Assembly (NCBI RefSeq): GCF_001194135.2
Contig: NC_068986.1
Location: 96,090,126-96,147,104 of the forward strand
DNA length: 56,979 bases
From: Octopus bimaculoides
Taxonomy: Eukaryota
Direction of reading: 5' to 3'
Position 1 is the first letter of the stretch. Every line of letters begins with the position of its first letter. Made by a program: the position numbers and the translations under genes. This document shows positions 23,478 through 36,360 of the stretch, in pieces. The notes below the pieces were generated by a model, which did not search any database, was not told the origin of the DNA, and saw only the letters and a program-made list of their open reading frames with translations.

Positions 23478-24110
23478 CATGCGTGTACGTGCGTGTGTGT
23501 TAGTGTGTGTAGAGAAGGCACATGGCTCAGTGGTTAGAGCATTTGGCTCACAATCATGTGGTAGTGCGTTCGATTTCTGGGCTGGGCTATGCATTGTGTT
23601 CTTGAACGAGACACTTTATTTCACATTGCTCTAGTTCACTCAACTGTAGAAATGAGTTGCAACATCACTGGCGCCAAGCTATATCAGCCTTTGCCTTTCC
23701 CTTGGATAACATCAGTGGCATGGAGAGGGGAGGCTGGTATGCATGGGCAACTGCTGGCCTTCCATAAACAACCTTGCCCGGACTTGTGCCTCGGTGGGGA
23801 ACTTTCTAGGTGCAATCCCATGGTCATTCATGACCAAAGGGGACCGTAGCCCTTTACTCTGTATGTATGTGTAAGTATGTATATGCTTGTGTTTCTCTGT
23901 CTTGACATTGCACGATTGTTGTAAATGAATGTCATTCATTTTCGATATTCTGTAGAAACATGTCTGGCCATGGGAAAATATTATCTTCCTTGGAAACAGA
24001 TAAGGGTTGACAACAGGAAGAGCATCTGGATATCGAAAATCTGTCTCAATAAACTCCTTCTGACTGATGAAAGCATGAATAGTGGATGTTAAAACGATGA
24101 TAATAGTTTA
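23265..24110 (+). mobile_element. Composite SINE (A-like head, GT tract, RTE-type tail) with family C SINE nested at ~23513-23845
   Basis: Head 23265-23430; the nested copy has TGGCTCAGTGG and GTTCGATTTC boxes and the CORE-like block; tail 23880-24110 is the reverse-complement homolog of 17510-17750. Confidence 0.75.
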
Positions 24111-25399
24111 TGAACCTTTAAAGAGCCTCTGAGACTGGTGGCTGGGAGGGAAGAGAGTATCTCAAACTGGAGACTTGACCTGAATGCCTCCAGCAGGGTG
24201 CACTCTATTAAATTCGCTCAAGGTTCCAAGTGATGGTGTTAAACCAAGTGACTGGTGAAGTCTATTACCCAAGTAGCCCATGGCAAAATTTAATCTCAGA
24301 ATGCAAAGATCTTGAACAAACACCACAAGGCATCTCATCCATCATTCTGCTAATCCACTGTTAATTCATTGCCTGGAATTGGTACATTAAAAAAAAAAAT
24401 CAAACTTGCAAAGATGAAATACAAAGTTGATCTCTACAGGATTTGAACTCAGAATATAGTGAGCTGGAACATACACCAGGAAGGATTCTATTTAGTGCTC
24501 CAGTGACTCTGCCAATTTGCTGCTTGGGATTCTGAGTTCAATCCCACTGTGGTGTGGTATCTTGGGTTAGTGACTTCCTGCCATAGACTCAGGTCAATCC
24601 AAGCCCTGTGAGTAAGAACAAGTTGATGGAAAGCATGGAAGAGACTGTCAGACAGACTGTACCTGTAAAGCATGGTTTGTCTTGTGCTTGATCCATACTC
24701 TTGACAGGGACTCTGAAAAAAAAAATCTGGGATGCTTTCTTTCCTCCTCTGGCTGACTCATAACAAAAAATAATAAAAACAGAAGAAACAGACTTATACT
24801 GGTTTTGATTAAACCACCTTCACTCCTCCAATCATTCATTCTACAAAATTTATGGCCAATCAAAATTTATTGCCAATCAATGTAAGAAATCTTAATCAAT
24901 AATTAATGAATTATTAATATCATTGCTTTTTGGCATATATTTCATTCATTAATTTTTTTTCCTTTTATTCTAATCCACACAAGTTGTCGAGAGAAATGCA
25001 TTTGAGTATATACAATGTTAAATTAGAATGACATATAACGTAACACAGACGACTTCAGCTGCAGTGAGAACAGAGATGATGTTTTCTAGCTGCAGCAGTT
25101 GCTAACTTAAGCAGGCAGTTGCTAACCAAAGCTGTGAAATACAACAGCGACAGCTGCAGTGTGCAGCATTCAATGGTTGGCAATACATTTCTGGAACGGT
25201 TTTCTGCATAATCACACAGATAAAATATAAATATAAACAGGAAAAAAATATTTCCACAAAAAATAAATCTACTAAAATTGGGAATTTCCCTTAGATTTAT
25301 CAATGGTAAATCTCTGGGCATTTGGGGGGCTATTGAGGTACCACTGACAACTTCATCATTATGTGGCGTATGTAAGGTAAGTTAACTGAATGGAGGACT

Positions 25400-26270
25400 T
25401 TCCTCTCCATTTTATACTCACAGGTCAACCTGAACTCAGCACCACTCTCCACACACTGGAAACTGACTAATCCTCTCAATATAAGATTCTACACACTGGA
25501 TACTCTAACTAACATTCTGTACTCAACATTCCACACACCAGATAATCTAACATTCTATACACAACACTTCATACATATCACTTCATACACTACACAACAT
25601 TCCCAGTTACTTTGCACATAACACATCACAACTATTATGGTATATTCCATATAATACAGCATACCCAAACTGCCAGATTTCTACTCCACATAATGCTTCT
25701 ATGATAGTAACATAATACTTTACATAACACACCCTAACTACTTCACTACATCCCATATAACAGCCTGACTGCAACACAGTACCACACGTAACATACATAC
25801 CCTATTACATTTTACACTATACACACACCCTCGCTATTAAACTCTAGTCAACACAAGACACCCTCACTATTACACTATACACCATGCAACATTTCCAATC
25901 TATCCTGCTGCATTATAGCGTGAAGCCTGGTTCCCGATCAGAGTCGGTATCTGCAAAGCTGGAATCTATGGCTGAGTCACAATATGGCTGGTACTCTATG
26001 TGACTAAGTCTCAACATTGTTTGGTTTCAATGTGGTCGTGTCACTTTATTGCTTAAACACAATGCAATGTCTAAATGTTTAGTCTCAATGTTGTTTGGTC
26101 TTATTGTGGCTAGGTCTCCATGTTGTGACTTATTGGACTTATTGCATCTGAGCTCAAAGTGACTGTTTCAATGTGGTTGAGCTTCATGATAACTGTGTCT
26201 CAATATTGCTTGGCCTCAATATGGCTGTGTCTCAATGTTATTGGGTCTTAGTGATCAAGTTATCTACTTC
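25400..26270. repeat. Two degenerate short tandem arrays (CA-rich 25400-25900; GTCTCAAT(G/A)T… 25990-26270)
   Basis: Recurrent ATTCTACACACTGGATA-like and GTCTCAATGTTG-like words. Confidence 0.55.
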
Positions 26271-27126
26271 TGAAGTATTGATCAGTTTGAGCAATGTTGA
26301 CCAGAAGTACTTGACAACAACAACAATCAGTACCAATACAACAACAACAACCATCAGTAAAACAATCATCACCACTACTATTGTCACTCTGACCACTACC
26401 ATCACCCCACACCCCCATTACCGTTCTCTTGATATTGTATGCTAATTCTAACCAAACTTCACCATCATACAAGTAGTGTAGTGCATGTTCAACCTTCTGC
26501 AAAAACATGTCTGACCATGTGTTGTTTGCGTTCAAAGGACCAGGGGAAAAATTACTTTTCTTGGGAACAGACAGGCTTTCACAACAGAAAGAGCATCTAG
26601 TCATAAAATATCTGCTTTGCTGAATTGAATCTGATCCATGCAAGCATGAAAAGTGGACATTGAAACCATGATGATGAGTCAGAAAAAGAAAGGTCACACA
26701 AACTGACTGGTGGGAGGAAATTATCCTCAGACCAGAGATTTAACTTGTATGTTTACTACAAAAAGAACAAACACCACTACAGGAATCCAAGGGGCCAGAT
26801 AAAAGTTTTAAAACTGGGAGCTATTATGTAAATCATCCAAGAAAAACAACTGTCTCTCCAATGGGCTTCTGCATAGATTTTGTCTATTCATTTAATTTAA
26901 TATCTATTTTCCATGCTAATATAGCTTAGACTGAAGAGAACTGAAGCAAAAGTTTTACAACTAAAATGAACTACTTGTTGCCAACTCTTACCTTGTAATC
27001 AAGAAAGGGACTTTTTTTTCTTCCAGAGCAATTCAACAGCACAGATCTAGCACCAATGGGAAATGTCAACAAACATCACCTTTTACAGCCTGACCAGGAA
27101 AAAAAAAATTGTTACAGATAGTGATT

Positions 27127-27186
27127 GACAGGTAGAGAGATAGACAGGTAGAGAGATAGACAGGTAGAGAGATAGACAGGTAGATA
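27127..27186. repeat. 16-bp tandem repeat x3.5
   Basis: Unit GACAGGTAGAGAGATA. Confidence 0.9.
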
Positions 27187-27339
27187 GATATATAAGTGTC
27201 AATGGTAATATAGAAGCAAACAGCTAAAGAGCAACAATTACATGGTATTTATCAAGCAGTAGAAGAATTCATAGGACTCACTGAAAGTTCAAAGAAAGAC
27301 AAGGAGGAGTGAAAATTCTAAAATTTATTTGCCTACAGC

Positions 27340-27652
27340 TTTCTCTCTCTGTTTACTCTTCCCCCTCTCTCTCTCTGTCACTTTTGTCTCTTCCCCCTCT
27401 CTCTCTCTTTATCTTCTTCACTTTCAGACAAAGTGCAAGTGTCCGAAATGTTAGATCCTTGGTTCCCCACATGTTCTGAACGTATCTGATTAATTCCTTT
27501 CTATCTGTTGACCTGTCCCCTGTTTGTCTCTCCATCTGTCTACCTGTTTGACTGTCTATTTGTCTCTCTGTCTCTATTTTTTGGGTCTCTCTGACTACCT
27601 ATCTGTTTGCCTGTCTGTCTGCTTCTTTCTCTTTCGCTTTCTCTCTCAATCA

Positions 27653-27693
<41 letters not shown>

Positions 27694-28265
27694 CATAGCA
27701 TATATTTGCTTATTTCTATCTGCCTGTCTCTCTCAATCTGATTATCTTTCAACAGTTGCCTCTCTTCTCTTCAATTCCTCTTCTCTTCAATTCCTCTTCT
27801 CTCTTTCGTATTTTCCTTTCCTTTCAGTAACACTGTATCACTCAGTCTCTTTCTCATCTATATATTTTTATGCATTCTTCATTTCTTAATGTGTTCTTTA
27901 TTTTCTTTTTTATCCTTTTCTATCTGTTTTCTCCTTCTCTCTTGCTTTCTCTTTCTCTCTCGCTCTCATTTTCTTTCTGTCTTTCTTCCCTCTCTCAACA
28001 CATTGTGTCTTTCTCAGTCATTTTTATATTTCCCCCCTACATTCCTTTCTCCTCCCTTTTTTCAGCCCTTTCTATCTTTGTGCCTCTATTTTCTTCCTTC
28101 CCCATCTCTTACTCCTTTCTCCCCTTCTTTATACTATTCTACCTTCTCTCTCTCCCACCCCCTCACATATCTTACTCTCTGTTCACTACTTCCACTTCTC
28201 CTTTTTCAATCTACTTCCCCTCTCTCTCTCTCTCTCCCTCTCCCTCTCTCTTTCTGTCCTCCCAC
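27340..28265. repeat. ~0.9-kb polypyrimidine (CT-rich) tract including (TATC)n
   Basis: Directly visible. Confidence 0.9.
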
Positions 28266-28544
28266 ACAATAATAAATACTAATCTACACCTCTCTGTGTT
28301 CCAAGCCCTGTTACTGATTAAAGAATCAATCAATCAGCCACTCAATCAATAGATCGATCTATATCAGTGATCAATACCCACACAAAGATCTGACGTTGCA
28401 ATACTAACACCAGCTACACAGCTATTGGTAAGCAGTCAAGCTAGACATATAGCAGGAAAGATAATCTTTAAGTTTAGCCTATACAAAAAAAAAACACAGA
28501 CATCGATCTAACACTTGAATTATGATTATTAATACTAAGGATGG

Positions 28545-28890
28545 CAAGAATGAGGGAACATCAAACAAAATGCTTTGTGTTATATAGATATGAATCTTTA
28601 TAATCTAAGTTCAAATCCTACCAAGGTCAATTTTGTATTTTATCATTCTCAAAACAATAAAATAAGGTACCAGTCAGGTACTGAGGTTGATTAAATTGAC
28701 TAAAACCTTCCCCCTAAATTCAGAACCTGTTGGTCTAAATTAAAAGTCATTATTACTGCTGTGAATGGCAGAAATGGTAGGACTATCAATGGACTACATA
28801 TCTTGTAGTATTGACTTGTATATCTTTAAATTCTGAGTTCAAACCTACTGTGACTAACTTTACCTGAGGACAATACAATGAAGTACCAGT
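28545..28890 (+). mobile_element. Two degraded family B SINEs
   Basis: GTTCAAA…GGTCAA…AAGTACCAGTCA motifs. Confidence 0.7.
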
Positions 28891-29425
28891 CAAGTACACA
28901 CACACATACACATACATGGACATAACAATCATCATCATCGTTTTACATTTGCTTTCCATGCTGGCATTTGTTGGTTGACTCACCGTTGTTTCTGAGATGA
29001 ATCAGAGAAGCACATCTTGCTTATAAATTTAATTCTTTTGACTTGGTTTCTGTGCACCAATAATTATTGGTATAAATGCAAATTTAATTTACAAACAGAG
29101 AAACTGCAGATTTTGAAGCAGTTGTCCATAAATATTTTCCTTCTTGCTAATTTTTTATGAGGTCTGTAACATATGTTTGTATGTATGTATGTATGTATGT
29201 ATGTATGTGTGTGTGTACGTGTGTGTGCATATGTACATGTATTTTCATGTATGTGTATATATGTGTATGCATGTATGTATGTATGCATGTATGTATGTAT
29301 GTATTTCTGTGTATGTATGTATGTATGTATGTAAGTATGTATGTATGTATGTATGTAAGTATGTATGTATGTATGTATGTATGTATGTATGTATGTATGT
29401 ATGCTTGTGTGGAGNNNNNNNNNNG

Positions 29426-29664
29426 TATGCTTGTGTGGAGTTTCATTCAATACTGATGCAGAATTGAGAGCTTGGTTGGATCAATTTTTCGAGTCGAAAT
29501 CAGGTGATTTCTACCAACGAGGTATTGAAAATATTGTTGAACGTTGGGAAGAAGTTGTAAACAACAAGGGTGAATACATTATTGATTAATTAGTTGTTAT
29601 TTTTTATTAAACCTCTTAAAAAATTTAATTTTAAAAAATGGCGGGAACTTAGTTACCAACCCAA
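29426..29664 (+). mobile_element. Mariner 3' end
   Basis: GVSFNTDAELRAWLDQFFESKSGDFYQRGIENIVERWEEVVNNKGEYIID*; terminal …AACTTAGTTACCAACCCAA followed by TA (29665-66). Confidence 0.9.
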
Positions 29665-29772
29665 TACTTTGAATTCTATCATTAAAATAATTTTTTTTTC
29701 TTTATCAAATCAGGAAGCAATTAGTTAGAATATTTACTGTTGCTTTCTATTATTATTATTGTTATTATTTAA

Positions 29773-30220
29773 GGAGGAGAGCTGGCAGAATTGTTAGCAT
29801 ACTGGGCAAAATGCTTAATGGCATTTCATCTGATTTTACATTCTGAGTTCAAATTCTGCTGAGGTCAACTTTGCCTTTCATTCTTTTGGGGGTTGATAAA
29901 TTAAGTACCCATGGAACACTGAGATCAATGCAATTGACCAGTACCCTCCCACCAAATTTCAGGTCTTGTGCCTTTAGTAGAAAAGATTATTGTTGCTATT
30001 ATTATTATTATTAAGGTATTGAGGTGGCAGAATCGTTAGCATACCAGACAAAATGCTTAGTGGCATTTCATTTGTCTTTATATTCTGAGTTCAAATACTG
30101 CCAAGGTCAACTTTTGTCCCTTTGGGGTCAATAAAATAAGTACCAGTTGAGCACCGAGGTTGATGTAATCGACTTATCCCTCCCCCGAAATTGCTGGCCT
30201 TGTGCCAAAATTTGAAGCCA
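29773..30220 (+). mobile_element. Two tandem family B SINEs with ATT-rich tails
   Basis: Heads GAGCTGGCAGAA (~29780) and GAGGTGGCAGAA (~30021). Confidence 0.85.
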
Positions 30221-30300
30221 TTCTTCTTCTTCTTCTTCCAATTCTCCTTCTCCTTCTTCGTCTTCTTCTTCTTCTCCTCCTCCTCCTCCTCCTCCTCCTC

Positions 30301-30606
30301 ATTATTATTTTATGAAAATTCACAGCTTATTTTGCTGGGTATGATGGAAAGTGTCAGCTGTCCACACCCAGCAGACTAAGGTGACACTTGTTTTACTGGT
30401 CATGCTTCAAGAACACTGCGAAGAATTCTTGCAGTTCCAAACAATGCTGATTTTTGTAAGTGTTCTACCTTCACACTTGCACCGATCTTTTTCAGCCACG
30501 CTGGTGCTTCAATGCTGATACTTCCACGTGCACCAATTACTATTGGTATCACGTCCACTCTCTTCATTCACCACAACCTTCGTATTTCCCACTTCAAATC
30601 GTCATT
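30301..30606 (-). mobile_element. 3' end of a second R4/Dong-type family
   Basis: DDLKWEIRRLW*MKRVDVIPIVIGARG…EHLQKSALFGTARILRSVLEA*, short 3' UTR, AATAAT tail; (AAC/AAT)n at the 5' junction. Confidence 0.85.
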
Positions 30607-30642
<36 letters not shown>

Positions 30643-31233
30643 ATTTATTTATTTATTTATTTATTTGTTTATTTTTTGCTTAACAGGTTTGTAATGAAAA
30701 TTTTCTTGACCTCTTCTACAAAATAAAACCAACGTAGCCACTGAAATCATTCATTATGTCTGGTAGAAAACAAAAACTTACGTCATTCACAATACTTTCA
30801 TTAAAAACAAAACTGAAATAGAAATATTAATAAAATAGAGACTATTGATTATTTTTCAAGCTTGTTCTTACAACAAGAATACCTGGAAATTTATGACTAA
30901 AAGTCAACCAGCCATGTCTGATGGACATGCTACCTACAATTGTGAATTGTAATGAAATCAATATGACCAACACCTTCAAATCTGGCTGGATTAGCAATGA
31001 AGTACCAAGCTAATACATCACATAAAAATTTCACTTATTAACCATAGCTTCTAATACTAATCCATATTCCCATTTCAAGTTTTGGATCAGGCACCCCATT
31101 AATAATTCAAGAGAAAGGAGAAGAATCAAGTTAATATTTTATTCAATTTTAGTATTCCTGTTTTTGTTATATCTCGAGAAGGTCATTTTGCCAATAATAA
31201 ACACACACTGATTCTATTTCACTTTTATTATTA

Positions 31234-31284
<51 letters not shown>

Positions 31285-31286
<2 letters not shown>

Positions 31287-31790
31287 AGCTTGCTGAATCA
31301 TTAACAAAATGCTCATCAGCATTTCATTTGCGTCTATCTTCTAAGTACAAATGCTGCTAAGATTGTCTTTGCCTTTCATCCTTTTGAGGTCAATAAAATA
31401 AGTACCAGTCAAATACTGGGTTGATATAATTGACTTACCCCTCCCTCGAAATTGCTAGCCTAGTGCCAAAATTTGAAACCATTATTGTTACTCGATTAGT
31501 TAACCGTTTATCCAATTGACTGCCTGATTAATTGTTTGGTTAATCAATCAGTTGATTAAATGGTTAACTAATTGACCAATAATAATGGTTTCAAATTTTT
31601 GGCATAGAGCCAGTAGTTTTTGAGGTGGGGAGGAATCAATTACATCAACTCCAGTACTTGACTGATACTTATTTTATTGTCCCCAAAAGGATGAAAAGCA
31701 AAAACAATCACAGTGTAATTTGAACTAAGAACATTGAAACTGACAAAATGCCACTAAGCATGCCAATGAGTCTGCCAGCTCACCACCTTA
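31285..31790. repeat. Foldback: tail-to-tail inverted family B SINEs with a self-complementary spacer
   Basis: Plus copy ~31290-31485, minus copy ~31575-31785. Spacer arms ATTAGTTAACC (~31496) and GGTTAACTAAT (~31563). Apex TGATTAA-TTGTTTGG-TTAATCA at 31525-31546. Confidence 0.8.
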
Positions 31791-32734
31791 ACTAATTGAC
31801 TAATAATAATAAAAGAAGTGAAATGGAACCAGTGAATGTGTCTATTATTAACATAATGGCCTTTTTGGGATACAGCAAAATCTGTTTCAATCTATGAGTT
31901 CACATCAAGAATTTTGCAAATCAAATACAGGAACAAAACATTCTAAGATTTACTATTCCTGTGTTTCACACAATGGTAACCATGGGTGTGAAAAAAACAA
32001 AAAAATCTTTGGGAAATTTTAGTTTGTAACCTTTACTTTTCCCCATGAGATAAGAGGCATCTAATCCAAAACTCTGCCAAAGTTTTTAGATGGTACAAAT
32101 TTGCATGCATACATGTGTGTAATATTTCAGTTATTTATTCCATGTTCAATTTACTTTCTCAAAGAATGTATTCTTTATTATTGGTATTTCTTTGCCACAA
32201 TTTTTCCAATGGTATCACCAGTGTTAATCATTATCACAATTCTGCTTTGATTTGTTCCTTTCATCACCAGATGTATCACATATTCAATGGAAAAACAACA
32301 GATTGAAATGTCTTGAAAATTTCTATTGCATAAAATTTTATGTTTATTAAAATATACTATAAAATATTAATTAATTCAGTTTAATTAATCTTAGTAATCA
32401 CTTTTGTAAAATGATGTTACATTTGTAAATTGGATGTGTGTGTGTGTGTTTAAAATGGTTTTGCATTATGTATAAAAATATGTTTTTGTGTACATACATG
32501 TATTGTTGTGTTAAGTGTTGGAAGCTATGCCACTTTTGTGCTGTACTTTATCATGTTGTACTTTTTGGTATGTGTGCCTTTACAAATTTAAAAATGTACT
32601 TTTTTTGTATAGAAATATATTTTGTTTGCATTTGTTTGCATCTTCATCCTCAATACACTTAAACACCATTTTAAAGTTTCAGAAGGTGAAATAGTAACCA
32701 TAGTAATGCTTTCATTATTAAATACACATTAAAG

Positions 32735-33305
32735 CAGTGAGCTGGAAGAATCATCAGAAATGTTGGACAAGATACCTCGCAGTATTTCTTGCAGCTCTTT
32801 GTTCTGAGTTCAGGTGCTGCTGAAGTCAACCATGCCTTTCATTCCTTGAGAGTTCATAATTGAAGTACCAGTCAAGTACTGAGCTCAATGGTATTAACTA
32901 ACCGACTTACCTCAAAATTGCAGGCCTTGTGCTCAAATCAGAAATCATTATTAAATAGACATTTCTTTCATTACTTTTTAACTAATGGTAAGCTGTTAGA
33001 ATGATAGGAATGTTTGAAACATTCCTTTGCAGTACTTGTTCAGAGTTCAAATTCTGCAGAGGCCAGCTTTATCTTTTGTACATTTGGGGTTGTTAAAATA
33101 AAGTACCAGTCAGTAGTGAGACCAATAGTATCAACAAAGATCCTTTTCTTCATCATTTAGCATTCATATTCCATGCTGGCACAGGTTGGGCAGTTTGATA
33201 GGATTTGACAGGTCAGAAGGCTGTGTCAAGCTCCAGTATCTATGGTTTCTTTGACTTGATGCCCTTCCTAACACTAACCACTTTACAGAGTGCGCTGGGT
33301 GCTTG
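32735..33305. mobile_element. Two family B SINEs (+) followed by an RTE-type tail (-)
   Basis: Motifs as above. Confidence 0.7.
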
Positions 33306-34234
33306 ACTAAGTGGGGTCTAGTATTAAATGAGGTGACTTATACCATCCTCCTTGCAAATTTCAAGCCTTAAACCTATGCTAGAATCAATTACATTTTAAC
33401 TAATAATCCATTACAAGATATTCATCTTCTTAAGCAATGTAATTAATATATGATAATGTAATAATTAGTATATAATAAATTCATGAAGTCTGCAATCAAG
33501 ATCCCTTAATAATCAATTTTATTTTGTTTATATCAATTTTTGTGTGTGTAAATGCTGAATTTGTGTTGTTGAAATCAAAAATCCAAAAACCATTTTTAGA
33601 AAAATGTTAATGTGAGTTAAAAAGTCCATGCTTAAAAGAGTAAGTTTTTCAGATATTTGGAATTTTGTAGAACAATTTTTTAGATTGTTTCTAAAAATAT
33701 ATAATTTTGTCCAATATAGAAAAAAAAGACTAAAGTGAAAACCAAGAAAACTGAAAACACACACACACACACACACAAGATTAACAAAAAAGTACTCCAT
33801 TTGGTGAGAGATAAATATTATTCAATAAACACAATGTATATTTTTTTATAAGCTAGAAATAGTTTCATGCAATGAAACCATCTCAGACAGCATTTTTTAC
33901 ATGCCTGGTGCCTTCATGCAATCCTCAAGCTATGGCATAACAAGTTAAAACAGGATGATAGGATAAGAGAAAAAACAAGAAAAGGCAAGAAGGAAGAAGA
34001 TAGCTTTTACATCTACTTACTTCTCACCTTTTCTTGTTTTTTCTCTCAACCTATCATCCTGTTTAAGTTTCTTATGCCATATATATGTNNNNNNNNNNNN
34101 NNNNNNNNNNNNNNNNNNNNNNNNNNNNNNNNNNNNNNNNNNNNNNNNNNNNNNNNNNNNNNNNNNNNNNNNNNNNNNNNNNNNNNNNNNNNNNNNNNNN
34201 NNNNNNNNNNNNNNNNNNNNNNNNNNNNNNNNNN

Positions 34235-34955
34235 GTGTTTTCAACTGCATGAACTAAAAGTCAAAGGGGGGACGGGATAAACTACCTGCATCAACTTGCT
34301 ATAAAAGCAGGTAGTAATTTTACCTTCTTCTTATTCTTAGTGCAAGTTTTGAAGAATGCAGTTCGATTTTAACAGCTATATTTTTCAAAGCTATAATGGA
34401 AGTGACAAAGGAGTATATTCGGCATATTTTGCTTTATGCATTCAATAAAGGCAACAATGTAACAGAAAGTGCAAGGAATATTAATTCAGTATATGGGGAT
34501 CAGACAATGAGCGTAAGCCAGCATCAATGGTGGTTCCAGAAATTCCAAGCCAGAAACTACAGCCTAGAATATGAGCCTCATCCTGGAAGATCTGTAGAAT
34601 TTGACGAGGAGGGTCCTGCAAACCCTGGTAGAACAATATCCCATTGTAACTGTTGAGGAATGAGCAGAGAAGTTTGGATTTGGTTATTCAACAATTCATT
34701 GACACTTGCATGTCATCAGAAAAGTCAGCAAATTGGGTCAAAGGGTTCGAGTCTAATCACATGCAGAGAGTGAATATGTGCTCTTCTCTGCTGTCACATC
34801 TCACAAATGAACTTTTTTGGGACCAAATAGTGACAGGTGATGAGAAATGGGTTAAAAATGTCAAGTGTCAAAGACAATAGGTAGGGAAAGGAGAAACACC
34901 GGCACCCCAGGCTAAGGAAGGTCTTCACCCATGTAAAGTATTGTTATCTGTTTGG
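34235..34955 (+). mobile_element. Mariner transposase 5' part (HTH and first catalytic D), decayed
   Basis: MEVTKEYIRHILLYAFNKGNN…ARNINSVYG…WFQKF…PGR; then …QIVTGDEKWV…LHPCKVLLSVW. Confidence 0.9.
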
Positions 34956-36301
34956 TCCTCCATCCTCCTCTTATCAAACAGCCTCATGCCACACATTTCT
35001 CTCACTATTGCTCTCTCAGTTCTTCTCAAAATTGCCATCTGTCTCTCTCTCTCAAACACCGTGTCTCACTCCCATACAGCATTGCAGCTTTCACACAACT
35101 CCTATTGACCCTTCCTTTTGTCTTCAATGAGAACCTTTTCCCCCGTGCCCCCGTTTTGAACTAGATCCCCATCGGATCTTATTCACTAACACTTCTCTTT
35201 CCTCCCCACTCACCATCACCTTTGTATGTATGTATGTATGTATGTGTGTACATATTTTTTTAAATTTAATTTTATTTTATCTAGTTTCAGCTCATGAGCT
35301 GTGGCCATGCTGGGGCACTAATTTTTACATGAAAAGATGAAGAAATATGGTATTCTTCTAGAAAGCATTAATTCTTGAATTCAATGTTCAAATGTTTTTA
35401 TATATAATTTTACATAAAAACAAGCATTAATACACACACACACATGTATGTATATATATATATGCACATACACAGACACAGACAGACACACACACACACA
35501 CACACATTGTTGATATATTTTGATAATGTGACAGCTGAATAGACAAGTAGTGTAAGTAGTTCATTCACAGGCCTTGAGAGTTAAAGTCATTCCTCATGTG
35601 TTTTCTTCTTTCTGTTACTAGTTACTATACCAAAACCCCAGCTGACTGTGGCTGTGGTAACCACTGCTGGTTGTGACATGGTTGTAGCAATGGAGGAGGA
35701 TTCTTTGAAAAATATAGCAGTAGGCAATGGTTATTACAGGAGGTGCTAGGGGTAATAAGCTGTGGATATGGTGGGAATGATAGGTATGTGTGTGAATGTG
35801 TAGGTAGGTGGGTAAACGGCCAGGTTCATGCTTTTTTTTTTTTTTTGGTGTAGGTGTGCAATGGTAGAATATAGGGTATGGATGTGTCTTTGATGAATAA
35901 GTACTTGGGTAAACAATGGGGCTTGGAGTCTAGAGAGGAGATAAAAGCTGGTTATTAGGCTGTGGATGAATGTTGGGTTTAGGCTGGATGAGATATTAAG
36001 AGGCTCAGTCTAATTGATTTAGCAGATGGGTAGGTACATGGGGAATATAGGGTCTTTGAGAGAGGGGAGTAATAAATAAATATAACTGGTTGTGAATTCT
36101 TAAAATAAACTCTTATTTATTTTTTATCATTATTATTAACTATTTGTTAATTATTATCAAATGAGGACAGACATTGTGGGTATGTTGTGTGGGTGTGGAA
36201 CTTGTGTGAGTGAATGTGTGGTTGTTGATTGACTGGGTAAATGATGGAATGTGATATTCTAGTTAATATTTGATTTATACATGTGTGTGTGTGTGTGTAT
36301 T

Positions 36302-36338
<37 letters not shown>

Positions 36339-36360
36339 ATATATATATATATATATATAT

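Noticed and set aside
29399-29441. GTATGCTTGTGTGGAG duplicated around 10 Ns
   Set aside because: Likely a scaffolding overlap artefact rather than a TSD.
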